From an uncultured Candidatus Saccharibacteria bacterium (GTDB lineage: Bacteria; Patescibacteriota; Minisyncoccia; Minisyncoccales; CAYUHA01), in assembly GCA_964444395.1 (NCBI GenBank), contig CAYUHA010000005.1, forward strand, positions 1 to 22,012: DNA of 22,012 bases. The letters run 5' to 3'. Position numbers and translations under genes: made by a program. Each line of letters begins with the position of its first letter. The first letter of the stretch is position 1. Below, piece by piece: positions 7,891 to 15,779 of this stretch. Under the pieces are notes generated by a model. It was given only the letters and a program-made list of their open reading frames with translations, was not told the DNA's origin and made no database searches.

Positions 7891-8757
7891 TTAGTTTTTA
7901 ATTAAGTTAATTAAAAAGTCCAAATTAATAATTCTCTCTCTTTTTGAGGGAATTAATCCTTTTAACAATTGTTCCTCGTAAGTCGGTTTTTGAATTTCAT
8001 AAAAAACACCGATAGGAATTCGGCTTTTATCTGTGTTGTAATTCCATTCCTTAATTTTTTCCAAGGCCTCTTTTTCTGAAGCCAAATTGTCCTCTTCTAA
8101 TTCATAAACTCTCTCATTGTAAAATTGAGTAGTATCAAAAAAAGAAACACAGGGCTGAAGGATTTCAATAAAAGAAAAACCTTTGTGTTGGACCCCTTTT
8201 ATAATCAAATTCTTAAGGTGCTCTATTTTAAACGAATAACCTCGAGCAATAAATGTTGCTTTGGAAGCCAACATTAACTTTAAAGGATTAAATGGCTCCT
8301 CAATATTTCCAAAAGGAGTTGACCTTCCTTTAAACCCTTTAGGAGAAGTAGCAGTAAACTGACTGGTAGTTAAGGCAAAACTTCTATTGTCGTGAACTAG
8401 GACAGTAATATCGCTATTTCTTTTAGCAGCATGAATTAAATGGGCGATTCCTTCATTATAAACTCCTCCATCTCCAACAGAAACAATAACTTCAAGGTCA
8501 GGGTTGCCTAATTTTATTCCTTCTCCTGAAATAACTGGCCGTCCATGTAAAGCAGAAAAACTATTTAAATTTAAATAATCAATGATTTTTGAACCGCATC
8601 CGATTCCACTAACTACTACTATATTTTCTTTAGGGGTCCCTTGTTTTATTAAAGAAAAAATCGCTTGCTTTAAGGCAGTTAAAATTCCAAAATTTCCGCA
8701 ACCAGGACACCAAGTGTTTTTGGCGTAAGTGTCTAATTTTAGATTTTTATCAGTCAT
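7891..8757 (-). CDS. 2-oxoacid:ferredoxin oxidoreductase, beta (TPP-binding) subunit.
   Basis: N-terminal CPGCGNFG motif, a TPP-binding GDGG region (VSVGDGGVYNEG), and additional Cys residues (GIGCGS, QPCVSF) consistent with a single [4Fe-4S] cluster. It lies 4 nt downstream of the alpha subunit. Confidence 0.85.
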   Translation of the reverse strand: MTDKNLKLDTYAKNTWCPGCGNFGILTALKQAIFSLIKQGTPKENIVVVSGIGCGSKIIDYLNLNSFSALHGRPVISGEGIKLGNPDLEVIVSVGDGGVYNEGIAHLIHAAKRNSDITVLVHDNRSFALTTSQFTATSPKGFKGRSTPFGNIEEPFNPLKLMLASKATFIARGYSFKIEHLKNLIIKGVQHKGFSFIEILQPCVSFFDTTQFYNERVYELEEDNLASEKEALEKIKEWNYNTDKSRIPIGVFYEIQKPTYEEQLLKGLIPSKRERIINLDFLINLIKN

Positions 8758-8761
8758 AATG

Positions 8762-10420
8762 TTAAAATCTTGATAAATTTTCTTCTATTTCTTTGGGCAA
8801 AAAAGGTCTGGCGTCGTATTTCAAAATTTTCTTATTTACCTTAATTCCATAACAATTCAAAACTTTCTCCATTTGAGCTAAACCGTTTGTCTCTATTAGA
8901 ATAATTTTTTTAACTCCTTTTAGAGCTTCTTTTATTTGTTTTTCAGGAAACGGTTCAATAATAACCGGTTGAATCATCTTTATCCCTAATTTCTCTGCTA
9001 CCTCTTTTGCCGGCCCTTTTGTCGAGCCCCAAGCAATAATTGCTTTTTTAGCGGTTTTCTTTCCAAAAATATTTACTGCCGGCAACTTCTCTGTCTCTCT
9101 CTTCATCTCTTCAAATTTTCTTAATCTTTTATCTTGCATTTTTTTTATTTCTTCTGCCTCCTCTACTGTAATACCAAACTCATCATGCTCATAACTGTTT
9201 GCCTTAATAATTACATTCTTTTCTCCGGGGAAAGCAAGCGGAGAAATCCCGTTTTTTGTTCTTTTATACCTTAAATAATCGCCTTTCCTATCCCAAAGTA
9301 AAGGCTTTTCATATCTAATTTTACCTAAAATATTTTTATCAAAACTAAAAGTACTTTCAGAAACTTCTTTGTCTATTAATAAAATTGAAGGGGTTTGATA
9401 TTTCCAAGAAAGATTTAAAATTTTTCCTGCCCAAAAACAGGCCTCATCAGCATCGCCTGGGGCTATAACAAATTTTACAATATCGCCATGCCCAGCGGTT
9501 AAAGTAAAAAGCAAATCTCCTTGTCCGGTATAAGTAGGAACCCCGGTTGCTGGAGACATCCGCTGGCTTTCTATTATTACCAAAGGGGTTTCGTTTTGAA
9601 CAGCTAAACTAAGCCCTTCGGTCATTAAAGCAAATCCTCCTCCTGATGTTCCAACTGCGGTTCTTGCCCCGCTATAAGCCGCTCCAATGCCTGCATTTAC
9701 AATTCCTGTTTCATTTTCCAGTTGAGTGACAGCTATCTTAAACTCTCTTTTATGCTCAGCTAAATAATGTAAAATCCCGCTAGCCGGAGTCATTGGGTAA
9801 GCAATATACAAATCTAAACCAGCTTTTACCATTCCTAAAGCAGTTGCCTCGTTGCCGGTTAAAAGAGGAAAAACTTTTTGTTTTAATTTTTTAATTTTAA
9901 GTAAGTTAGGACTGCTTTCAAAAGCGATTCTTGCTATTTTTAAATTCACCTCTTGAAATTTTTTAAACTCTCTTTTTAAAAGCCCTTCTAATGTTTTCCA
10001 ATCCACGCCTATAACTTTTGCAAAAGCAGAAATTAAAGCAGTGTTTTCCATTATTCGACTTCCTCCTGCTTTTTTGACAATTGTTTTTATCGCTACCCCC
10101 ACCCCTTTTTTATTGTTAAGAGAAATTTCATCGCTGTTATAAACAATTATTCCTTTTTTGTCTAAATCACTCTGATGCTTTTTGATGGTAACTTCATCTA
10201 AAACTAAGAGAAAATCTATTTTTTTTCTATGAGACAAAATTTTTTCTTTTGACGCTCTTATTTGGGAAAAACTATGACCTCCTCTAATTAAAGATTGATA
10301 CTCGTCATAAATAAAAATCCTATAACCAAACTCGGAAAATAGTTTAGCAATCATCAATCCTGCCTTTCTTGAACCGCGGCCAGCCGCGCCTCCTATTAAA
10401 ATTGAATAATCTTTAACCAT
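8762..10420 (-). CDS. 2-oxoacid:ferredoxin oxidoreductase, fused gamma-alpha subunit.
   Basis: The N-terminal roughly 180 aa resemble the POR/KOR gamma domain (MVKDYSILIGGAAGRGSRKAGLMIAKLF). They are followed by the alpha-subunit core (GNEATALGMVKAGLDLYIAYPMTPASGI...). Confidence 0.85.
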   Translation of the reverse strand: MVKDYSILIGGAAGRGSRKAGLMIAKLFSEFGYRIFIYDEYQSLIRGGHSFSQIRASKEKILSHRKKIDFLLVLDEVTIKKHQSDLDKKGIIVYNSDEISLNNKKGVGVAIKTIVKKAGGSRIMENTALISAFAKVIGVDWKTLEGLLKREFKKFQEVNLKIARIAFESSPNLLKIKKLKQKVFPLLTGNEATALGMVKAGLDLYIAYPMTPASGILHYLAEHKREFKIAVTQLENETGIVNAGIGAAYSGARTAVGTSGGGFALMTEGLSLAVQNETPLVIIESQRMSPATGVPTYTGQGDLLFTLTAGHGDIVKFVIAPGDADEACFWAGKILNLSWKYQTPSILLIDKEVSESTFSFDKNILGKIRYEKPLLWDRKGDYLRYKRTKNGISPLAFPGEKNVIIKANSYEHDEFGITVEEAEEIKKMQDKRLRKFEEMKRETEKLPAVNIFGKKTAKKAIIAWGSTKGPAKEVAEKLGIKMIQPVIIEPFPEKQIKEALKGVKKIILIETNGLAQMEKVLNCYGIKVNKKILKYDARPFLPKEIEENLSRF

Positions 10421-10550
10421 TTTAAAATCTGTGCATTGTTTTTTAAAAAAAATTTCGCCTTTAATATTTACTTTACTTGTTTATAAATAAACAACTTTAT
10501 TATAAGAACCTTTCGCTTCGCTCAAGAACCTTGATTCGCTAAGGAATTCA

Positions 10551-10609
10551 CCCTGTTAAATAATTTCGTCAAAGACGAAATTGCTGCAAAAGCAGCATTT
10601 AACAGGGTA
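10551..10609. ncRNA. Compact three-stem structured element (candidate regulatory RNA or leader) between tRNA-Ala and the korA start.
   Basis: The 12-bp outer stem ACCCTGTTAAAT/ATTTAACAGGGT encloses two hairpins, AATTTCGTC-aaa-GACGAAATT and GCTGC-aaaa-GCAGC. No T-tract follows on either strand, so it is unlikely to be a simple terminator. Confidence 0.3.
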
Positions 10610-10779
10610 AATATATATTCTTGAATTAAGTATATACCCATAACTATGGGTTGTCAAAACAGTGAATTTAAATAAAAAAAATTTAAAAAAACATATCCTG
10701 AACAGAATTGACTGATTATTTCCGAATTTATATTAAAGTATAATGGTCTTTTAACTTTACGGCTTGTTTCTCTAAATTA

Positions 10780-10851
10780 TGGACCGATGGGGATTTGAAC
10801 CCCAGACCTCTCCGATGCGAGCGGAGTGCTCTACCACTGAGCTATCGGCCC
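10780..10851 (-). tRNA. tRNA-Ala (anticodon CGC).
   Basis: Reverse complement GGGCCGATAGCTCAGTGGTAGAGCACTCCGCTCGCATCGGAGAGGTCTGGGGTTCAAATCCCCATCGGTCCA. It has a 7-bp acceptor stem with a G3:U70 pair (Ala identity), a D-arm GCTC/GAGC, anticodon stem CTCCG/CGGAG with loop CU-CGC-AU, a T-arm GGGG-TTCAAAT-CCCC, and discriminator A. No CCA is encoded. Confidence 0.85.
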
Positions 10852-10857
10852 ATCCCA

Positions 10858-10863
10858 ATTATA
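10858..10863 (-). promoter_or_regulatory. Consensus -10 hexamer TATAAT positioned 6 nt upstream of the tRNA-Ala 5' end. The candidate -35 lies inside the MITE terminal hairpin.
   Basis: The minus-strand read is ...TTCAAG-N17-TATAAT-tgggat-GGGCC. Confidence 0.45.
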
Positions 10864-10879
10864 ACAAATTATATATTAT

Positions 10880-11156
10880 CCTTGAATTACAAAATGTAAT
10901 TCAAAACAAGCGCCAAATTCAAAATTATAAATTCTAAACAAATTCAAAGCACAAAATTCAAAATCCTAAGAAACAGAAATCAGTTGCTGGAAAACCGAAA
11001 TCCGTATAGAAAACAGAAAATAGAGAACCGATGACAACTAAACTATTTTCCGTTTTCTGATTTCGCTACTGTTTTCTGATTTCTATTTTCAATTATTTGG
11101 TGTTTAGGGTTTTGGATTTTGGATTTACTTTGAATTACCTATTTCGTAATTCAAGG
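10880..11156. mobile_element. MITE-like element, copy 3, carrying a roughly 130-bp nested hairpin-like insert at about 10965-11095. It is flanked by a 7-bp direct repeat ATATTAT.
   Basis: Terminal inverted repeats CCTTGAATTAC / GTAATTCAAGG. The arms match copy 2, but the central CAAAACAGTTTTG core is replaced by a different palindromic sequence containing GAAAACAGAAAATAG/CTATTTTCCGTTTTC. ATATTAT occurs immediately on both flanks, at 10873-10879 and 11157-11163. Confidence 0.75.
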
Positions 11157-11165
11157 ATATTATAA

Positions 11166-11236
11166 CAAAAAAACAGGGTACAGCAATTTTTACCCTGTTA
11201 GAAATCAAAGATTTCTAATGGGCTTGCTGTACCCTT
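11166..11236 (-). terminator. Rho-independent terminator for the lipoprotein gene. The long stem GGGTACAGCAA/TTGCTGTACCC has an inner hairpin and is followed by a U7 run on the minus strand.
   Basis: The minus-strand transcript ends ...TTGCTGTACCCTG-TTTTTTT. It lies 14 nt downstream of the stop at 11250. Confidence 0.7.
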
Positions 11237-11249
11237 TACCTTTTAAAAA

Positions 11250-11549
11250 TTATCTTTTCCATTCTAGTTTTGTCCCACAATAGGGACAAAACTCCACATC
11301 AGCAGGAAAACTTCTTCCACAACTTGGACAGAACTTCTGCGCTGTTTGTTCTCCGATTAAAGCTCCACCCAATCCTCCTACCGCAGCGCCAATTCCTGCT
11401 CCTTCAGCAGTATGACCGGACTGATGACCAATAATAGCGCCTACTGCAGATCCTATCCCAGATCCCAATAATGCGCCTTTTTGAGTGGTAGTGCACCCAC
11501 TTAAAACCACTACTGCCAATACTAAAGTTAAAACCCAAAACTTTTTCAT
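11250..11549 (-). CDS. Lipoprotein with a glycine-zipper domain fused to a C-terminal C4 zinc ribbon.
   Basis: Signal peptide and lipobox (VVVLSGC). A Gly-rich glycine-zipper segment (GSGIGSAVGAIIG...GAGIGAAVGGLGGALIG). A C-terminal CPSCG-x13-CPYCG. A strong SD sequence (AGGAGG) precedes the ATG. GC content is higher than in the neighbouring genes. Confidence 0.7.
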   Translation of the reverse strand: MKKFWVLTLVLAVVVLSGCTTTQKGALLGSGIGSAVGAIIGHQSGHTAEGAGIGAAVGGLGGALIGEQTAQKFCPSCGRSFPADVEFCPYCGTKLEWKR

Positions 11550-11694
11550 TTCCCCTCCTCCTTTCTAAAAGTTTTTTTCTTTTTATTCAATCCTTTTTTA
11601 TTTTTTAATGAATCTCCTTAAAGGAGGGATACCATAAATAGAACTTTATGTCAATAGTTTGCATTAGGATAACTAACATTTTAAAATTCCAATA

Positions 11695-11960
11695 AATTAA
11701 GAAGAGCACAGCCGCTCTTTTAATCTTTCTTTCTTTCTTGACCTCTTCCTTTTTGAAGAAGAAAAAAGAGGAGGAGGATTTATTTCTTCCCTCTTTCCTT
11801 TCCCTCTATTTTTCCCCTCTTTTGAGAAAAAGGATTAAGGTGAGGAAGGTTTAAAAAGGTTTAAAAGAGGAGAAGAATCAAAGAAGAAGGGGATTAAAGG
11901 AAAAGGAGGGAGAAATAAAAAGGAGAAAAAAATAAACAGGAGAGAAAAAAAGAAAACTAA
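11695..11960. repeat. Polypyrimidine then polypurine mirror tracts in the divergent intergenic region between the lipoprotein and SPFH genes.
   Basis: A CT-rich block at about 11720-11830 is followed by a GA-rich block at 11830-11960 that contains many AGGAGG-like strings. It begins with the hairpin AAGAGC-acagcc-GCTCTT. Confidence 0.8.
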
Positions 11961-12038
11961 TAAGAGTATTTTTTATTAATCAAATTATGTAATCTTTGCC
12001 AAGTTTATCAGGTTTTGGATTATACTATCTTTATCAAT

Positions 12039-12067
12039 TTGACAAAAAAATCTAAATATGATATAGT
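12039..12067 (+). promoter_or_regulatory. Near-consensus sigma70-type promoter (TTGACA-N17-TATAGT) upstream of the SPFH gene.
   Basis: TTGACA at 12039-12044 and TATAGT at 12062-12067 with a 17-bp spacer. It lies about 80 nt upstream of the start at 12146, which has a strong SD (GGAAAAGGAGGT). Confidence 0.55.
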
Positions 12068-12145
12068 AAATTTTAAGAATCGAGATCTTTGAAAAATCTT
12101 GTTAAAAAAATTTAACAAACAAATAAGGAAAAGGAGGTAAGGAAA

Positions 12146-13216
12146 ATGATATTTATAGGAATGATTGTTGGGTTAATAATATTAGTAGGATTGGTTTTTT
12201 GGCTAGCTTCCAAAAATATTTTTTTCACTTTTGTTAAAGAAGGAACCGCGAAAAATGTAATGAAAGCAGGAGAGTTCAATAGAACATTGATGAGGTGGAG
12301 GGGATATGGCCTTGATAATGACTGGAATGTGGTAAATCAAAGCAAAGGCAGATTCGTATGGGGAAGAATATTCGGAGGCTTGTACCTTTACGGACTCTGG
12401 CCATTTTATAAAATAGACACTTATTATTTTCAATGGACCGGAGTAAAAGAGAATGGCGAGCTTCAGCCTCATCCAAAAGAAAAACTCGATTATATTATAT
12501 TGAAAGATGATGTCTACTGGGCCAAGATAGAAAATGCAGAGGACTCCAAATTACTTAACTTAACTGTAGAAATATTTTTCACTATCAGAGTGGTGAATCC
12601 TCATAAAGCAAGGTTTAATGTGCAAAATTGGCTTGAAACAGTGATTAATCGGTCCAAACCAGCAGTTAGAGATGCAATTACCACCGCTGATTATGAGAAC
12701 TTAATTAAAAAAACTGATGCAATAGGAACGATAGTTTATCAAAGAATAAGAGAGAGAGGATTATTTGCAGAGTTTAAAGAACGATATGGTATAGAAATAA
12801 GAAAAATAGAAACAAGAAAAATTGATCCTCCACCAGAATATCGGGGAATTACACTCAGGGAGTATATTGCTACGCAAGAGAAGAAAAAAATCACTATAGA
12901 AGCAGAAGCGCAAGCAATCCGATTAGCTAGTATCGCAAAAGGCGCGGGGAAAGCATTGGAAGAAGCCTCGCCTGAGGAGAGGAAAAAAGCTGTCGAGAAA
13001 GCGTATTCTCGACAGCAAAGTATTGATGGTGATGCTTTTCTGAAAATAGAAGCAGGCGGAGGGAATTTAGATAATGGATTAGCAAAATTAATCGGATTAC
13101 TTAAATTTCCTTGGCCGCCTCAAAAAAGACAACAAAAAACAGCAAAAAAAGTCCGTGTTCCGGGAGGAACACGGGAGCTTTCAGAAGAAGAGAGAAAAAG
13201 GTTAAAAATACCTTAA
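12146..13216 (+). CDS. SPFH/band-7 (stomatin/prohibitin/flotillin-like) domain membrane protein.
   Basis: An N-terminal TM helix, then a region consistent with the SPFH fold (LNLTVEIFFTIRVVNPHKARFNV...YGIEIRKIETRKIDPPPE), followed by a coiled-coil-like, A/E/K-rich C-terminus. No NfeD partner is adjacent. Confidence 0.7.
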   Translation: MIFIGMIVGLIILVGLVFWLASKNIFFTFVKEGTAKNVMKAGEFNRTLMRWRGYGLDNDWNVVNQSKGRFVWGRIFGGLYLYGLWPFYKIDTYYFQWTGVKENGELQPHPKEKLDYIILKDDVYWAKIENAEDSKLLNLTVEIFFTIRVVNPHKARFNVQNWLETVINRSKPAVRDAITTADYENLIKKTDAIGTIVYQRIRERGLFAEFKERYGIEIRKIETRKIDPPPEYRGITLREYIATQEKKKITIEAEAQAIRLASIAKGAGKALEEASPEERKKAVEKAYSRQQSIDGDAFLKIEAGGGNLDNGLAKLIGLLKFPWPPQKRQQKTAKKVRVPGGTRELSEEERKRLKIP

Positions 13217-13232
13217 TTTTCTCTCTTCTAAG

Positions 13233-13266
13233 AGGGTGGTATAATAAATGCCACCCTTTATTATTA
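13233..13266 (+). terminator. Rho-independent terminator of the SPFH gene (AGGGTGG-tataataaatg-CCACCCT followed by TTATTATT).
   Basis: A GC-rich 7-bp stem 17 nt after the stop codon, followed by a T-rich run. Confidence 0.65.
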
Positions 13267-13312
13267 ACGCGATAGCAAGAGAGAATGTTATTCTTTTCCT
13301 TCCCTATTTTTT

Positions 13313-13840
13313 TTATTTAATCGGTTCCCGATAAATATCTTTTTGTTTTGTTTTTTTCTCTGAAATTTCTTTTTTAAATTTCTCCGGAATTTTTTGACTG
13401 GATTTTATAGTTTTAGAAAATTTAGGGGTTTTTGGTTTCTTTATCGGTTCTTTGGGCGCAGGTTTTATCATTTTAGTGAGAGAAAATTCTTCTTCAGCTT
13501 CAATAGGAACCTCTTTGGCAAAAATTAAAATTTTTCTTCTTAATTCTCCTGCTAATTTCTTTGCTTGTTCTTGAGAAAGTGATAATTGTTTTTTAAATAT
13601 ATCTATCATTTCTTCATTTGAAATTTTCTCTTCCGCAACATTTCTCACCGTGTCTGCCATCAATCTTCCGGGCAAGCTATTAAAAATTTTTTTTCTTTGT
13701 TCATAAGTATCTGCTTCGCTCATCTGTTTTATTTTTTGTTTCTGTAATTCTTCTAAGTTATATTTCTTAACTAATTCATAAATAACCGAAGAGCTTTCTT
13801 TAGGGAAAACTATATTTTGTTTTTTAGGATTAAAAATCAT
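13313..13840 (-). CDS. Hypothetical protein (175 aa) with a K/P-rich C-terminus.
   Basis: A long ORF convergent with the SPFH gene. No recognisable family. Confidence 0.5.
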   Translation of the reverse strand: MIFNPKKQNIVFPKESSSVIYELVKKYNLEELQKQKIKQMSEADTYEQRKKIFNSLPGRLMADTVRNVAEEKISNEEMIDIFKKQLSLSQEQAKKLAGELRRKILIFAKEVPIEAEEEFSLTKMIKPAPKEPIKKPKTPKFSKTIKSSQKIPEKFKKEISEKKTKQKDIYREPIK

Positions 13841-14065
13841 AATGAGTTTGAATTATAAAATATAAAATAGAACCTTGAAAATTATTATACAATCGTTCAG
13901 TTCTTGTTTAATATTTAAATACAATCCTCTTGCGAATTTATCCTGTTAAATGTCGCTTCGCAGTACCCCACTTTGACGGGGTGTTTAATAGAGGTAAACA
14001 TGAATACAAGCACAGATTACCTCTCATTATTATTATATTTTATAATTCAAGACAATAAGATATTT

Positions 14066-15691
14066 TTAGACCTCGGGATAGTTAGGAGAGTTAGCAATGT
14101 GAATCCAGTTATTTTCTATCTTTTCTGCCTTTGTCCTATCTTCTGGTCTTCCAGTGGCTCGTAATCTGTTTATTTCATTCGTGATCTCCGGTTCTTTGTC
14201 CATAATAAGATTTCTAAGAACTTTTTTCTTGTTTGGTTTTCCTTTTTCTCCTAATTCAGATGTTTTTTGCAGGTCTAAGGCATAAAATACATCAAGATTT
14301 TTTAAAGCGTCAGGATGAATGTTTTTTCTAAAATCTTCTGGATTCATTTTGTCCACTGTTTCTTGTATTGCCTGCGCTTGTCGTTTTTTGTACTCCTCAT
14401 CAGATTCTCCGGGTATCTGTTCAACAAAATCAGCCGCCCAATGTGGATAATTTTTAAGTACCTTGCCTTTATCTATTATTCCGGAAGCTACTGCTTCAGG
14501 AAAGTATTTTCTATCTTCTTCTGAAATTTCTTCTTCTTTAAGTAATTTTTCAAATGCTAAAGATTTTTCTATAGCCGGTCCTCTTTTTAATCTTGCTCGG
14601 AGTTCATCTGGACTTAAATGCGTCAGTTCTTTTCGGATAGCTTCTCTTCTTTTTGCGCTGTAAGTACCTGGTTTCATTCTCAGCATCTTACCCATCCTTG
14701 TTCTTGCTATCCCTTCTTTTACCCCTGTTTCTATTTTTTGCGCGGTTTCACTTCTTCTTATCGCTCCTCCTATCTTTTTAGGCGCAGTTTTTAAAAATCC
14801 TGTGACTCCTTTTGCACCTCCTGCGCTGGTAGACAGGGTGGCTAAAAAGCCAATGATTAGAAATATACCAGCCACACAAATATAGATAGAATTTTTAAGA
14901 ACGTCAATAGGTGTAAAGCCTGCGTCCATTGGGGGAGCGGCACTACGCATTACCAATAAACTTTGACAAGCCAACCATAGAAAAAACGCTCCGGTGACTC
15001 CTATAAAACACCATTGAATGAATTGGTCCCACCATTTTTTAAAAATACCTCTAGTTGCTGGCAGAATATAACAAACAAAAGCAATAGGAGATAGAATTAC
15101 TAAAAGCCAAATCGCTACATATCTTAACAGAAATAAAATTGCATAGCCGAGCAGAATAAAGGTGGCTATTAAATTAAAAGCTATAAGCAGTAAACCACTA
15201 ATTACTAAATCTAAATTTTGAGATATTTCTCCTTTAGCGGCGCTGTTTAAACGATTCCAAGTGCCGCTAAACGCCTCTTTAAGATATCCGCTAAAGAAAT
15301 TCCCGCCTCCTGCTACTTTTAAAAAATAATTCATCACAATATTTGAAGCATCTACAATTAAACCGCAAATCATTGGAGTAAAGTTTATTAAAAGAGCAAT
15401 CCCAATCAATATAGGCAGAGTCTTTTTTGCCTGATAACCAGCGATTCTTAAAATAGTAGCAAGAGCAATAACTACCAAAAAGAGAACAAGAACAATATTG
15501 GCAAAATCTCTAACCAACGGCCAGGCAATTTTAATTATTCCTTCAGAAGCAGAAGTATATTTAAAAGGGACAAGAGCTCCATACAAAATCCAATCTAAAA
15601 GTTTTGCTGCCAATTCTAAAAGCCCGCCAGTAATTCCGGCTATTAATATAAATATGTGGCCAATTATAAACAAAAGTGCAGATAAAAACAT
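14066..15691 (-). CDS. Large polytopic membrane protein with an N-terminal region of roughly 300 aa containing at least 7 hydrophobic helices and a charged C-terminal soluble domain of roughly 240 aa. Function unknown.
   Basis: Hydrophobic helices were read from the translation, together with Gly-rich stretches (AGGGNFFSG, STSAGGAKGVTG). The C-terminus is rich in E/K/R. The protein has a loose overall resemblance in topology to TrbL/VirB6-type proteins, but no motif or partner gene was recognised. Confidence 0.6.
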   Translation of the reverse strand: MFLSALLFIIGHIFILIAGITGGLLELAAKLLDWILYGALVPFKYTSASEGIIKIAWPLVRDFANIVLVLFLVVIALATILRIAGYQAKKTLPILIGIALLINFTPMICGLIVDASNIVMNYFLKVAGGGNFFSGYLKEAFSGTWNRLNSAAKGEISQNLDLVISGLLLIAFNLIATFILLGYAILFLLRYVAIWLLVILSPIAFVCYILPATRGIFKKWWDQFIQWCFIGVTGAFFLWLACQSLLVMRSAAPPMDAGFTPIDVLKNSIYICVAGIFLIIGFLATLSTSAGGAKGVTGFLKTAPKKIGGAIRRSETAQKIETGVKEGIARTRMGKMLRMKPGTYSAKRREAIRKELTHLSPDELRARLKRGPAIEKSLAFEKLLKEEEISEEDRKYFPEAVASGIIDKGKVLKNYPHWAADFVEQIPGESDEEYKKRQAQAIQETVDKMNPEDFRKNIHPDALKNLDVFYALDLQKTSELGEKGKPNKKKVLRNLIMDKEPEITNEINRLRATGRPEDRTKAEKIENNWIHIANSPNYPEV

Positions 15692-15779
15692 CTTTCTATA
15701 AAATATTATAGCAAATATAAAAAAAGAAATATAGTATTTGCACAGGACACTAATTTTTGAAAAAAATTAATAGATAAAA

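Noticed and set aside
4955-11156. Calling the palindromic elements IS elements or integrative elements.
   Set aside because: They contain no ORF and are only about 200-275 bp, so they are non-autonomous, MITE-like, at best.
14066-15691. Annotating the 541-aa membrane protein as a VirB6/TrbL type IV secretion component.
   Set aside because: Only the general topology, polytopic with a C-terminal extension, is similar. No VirB4/VirD4 ATPase genes or other T4SS genes are nearby, and no diagnostic motif was recognised.
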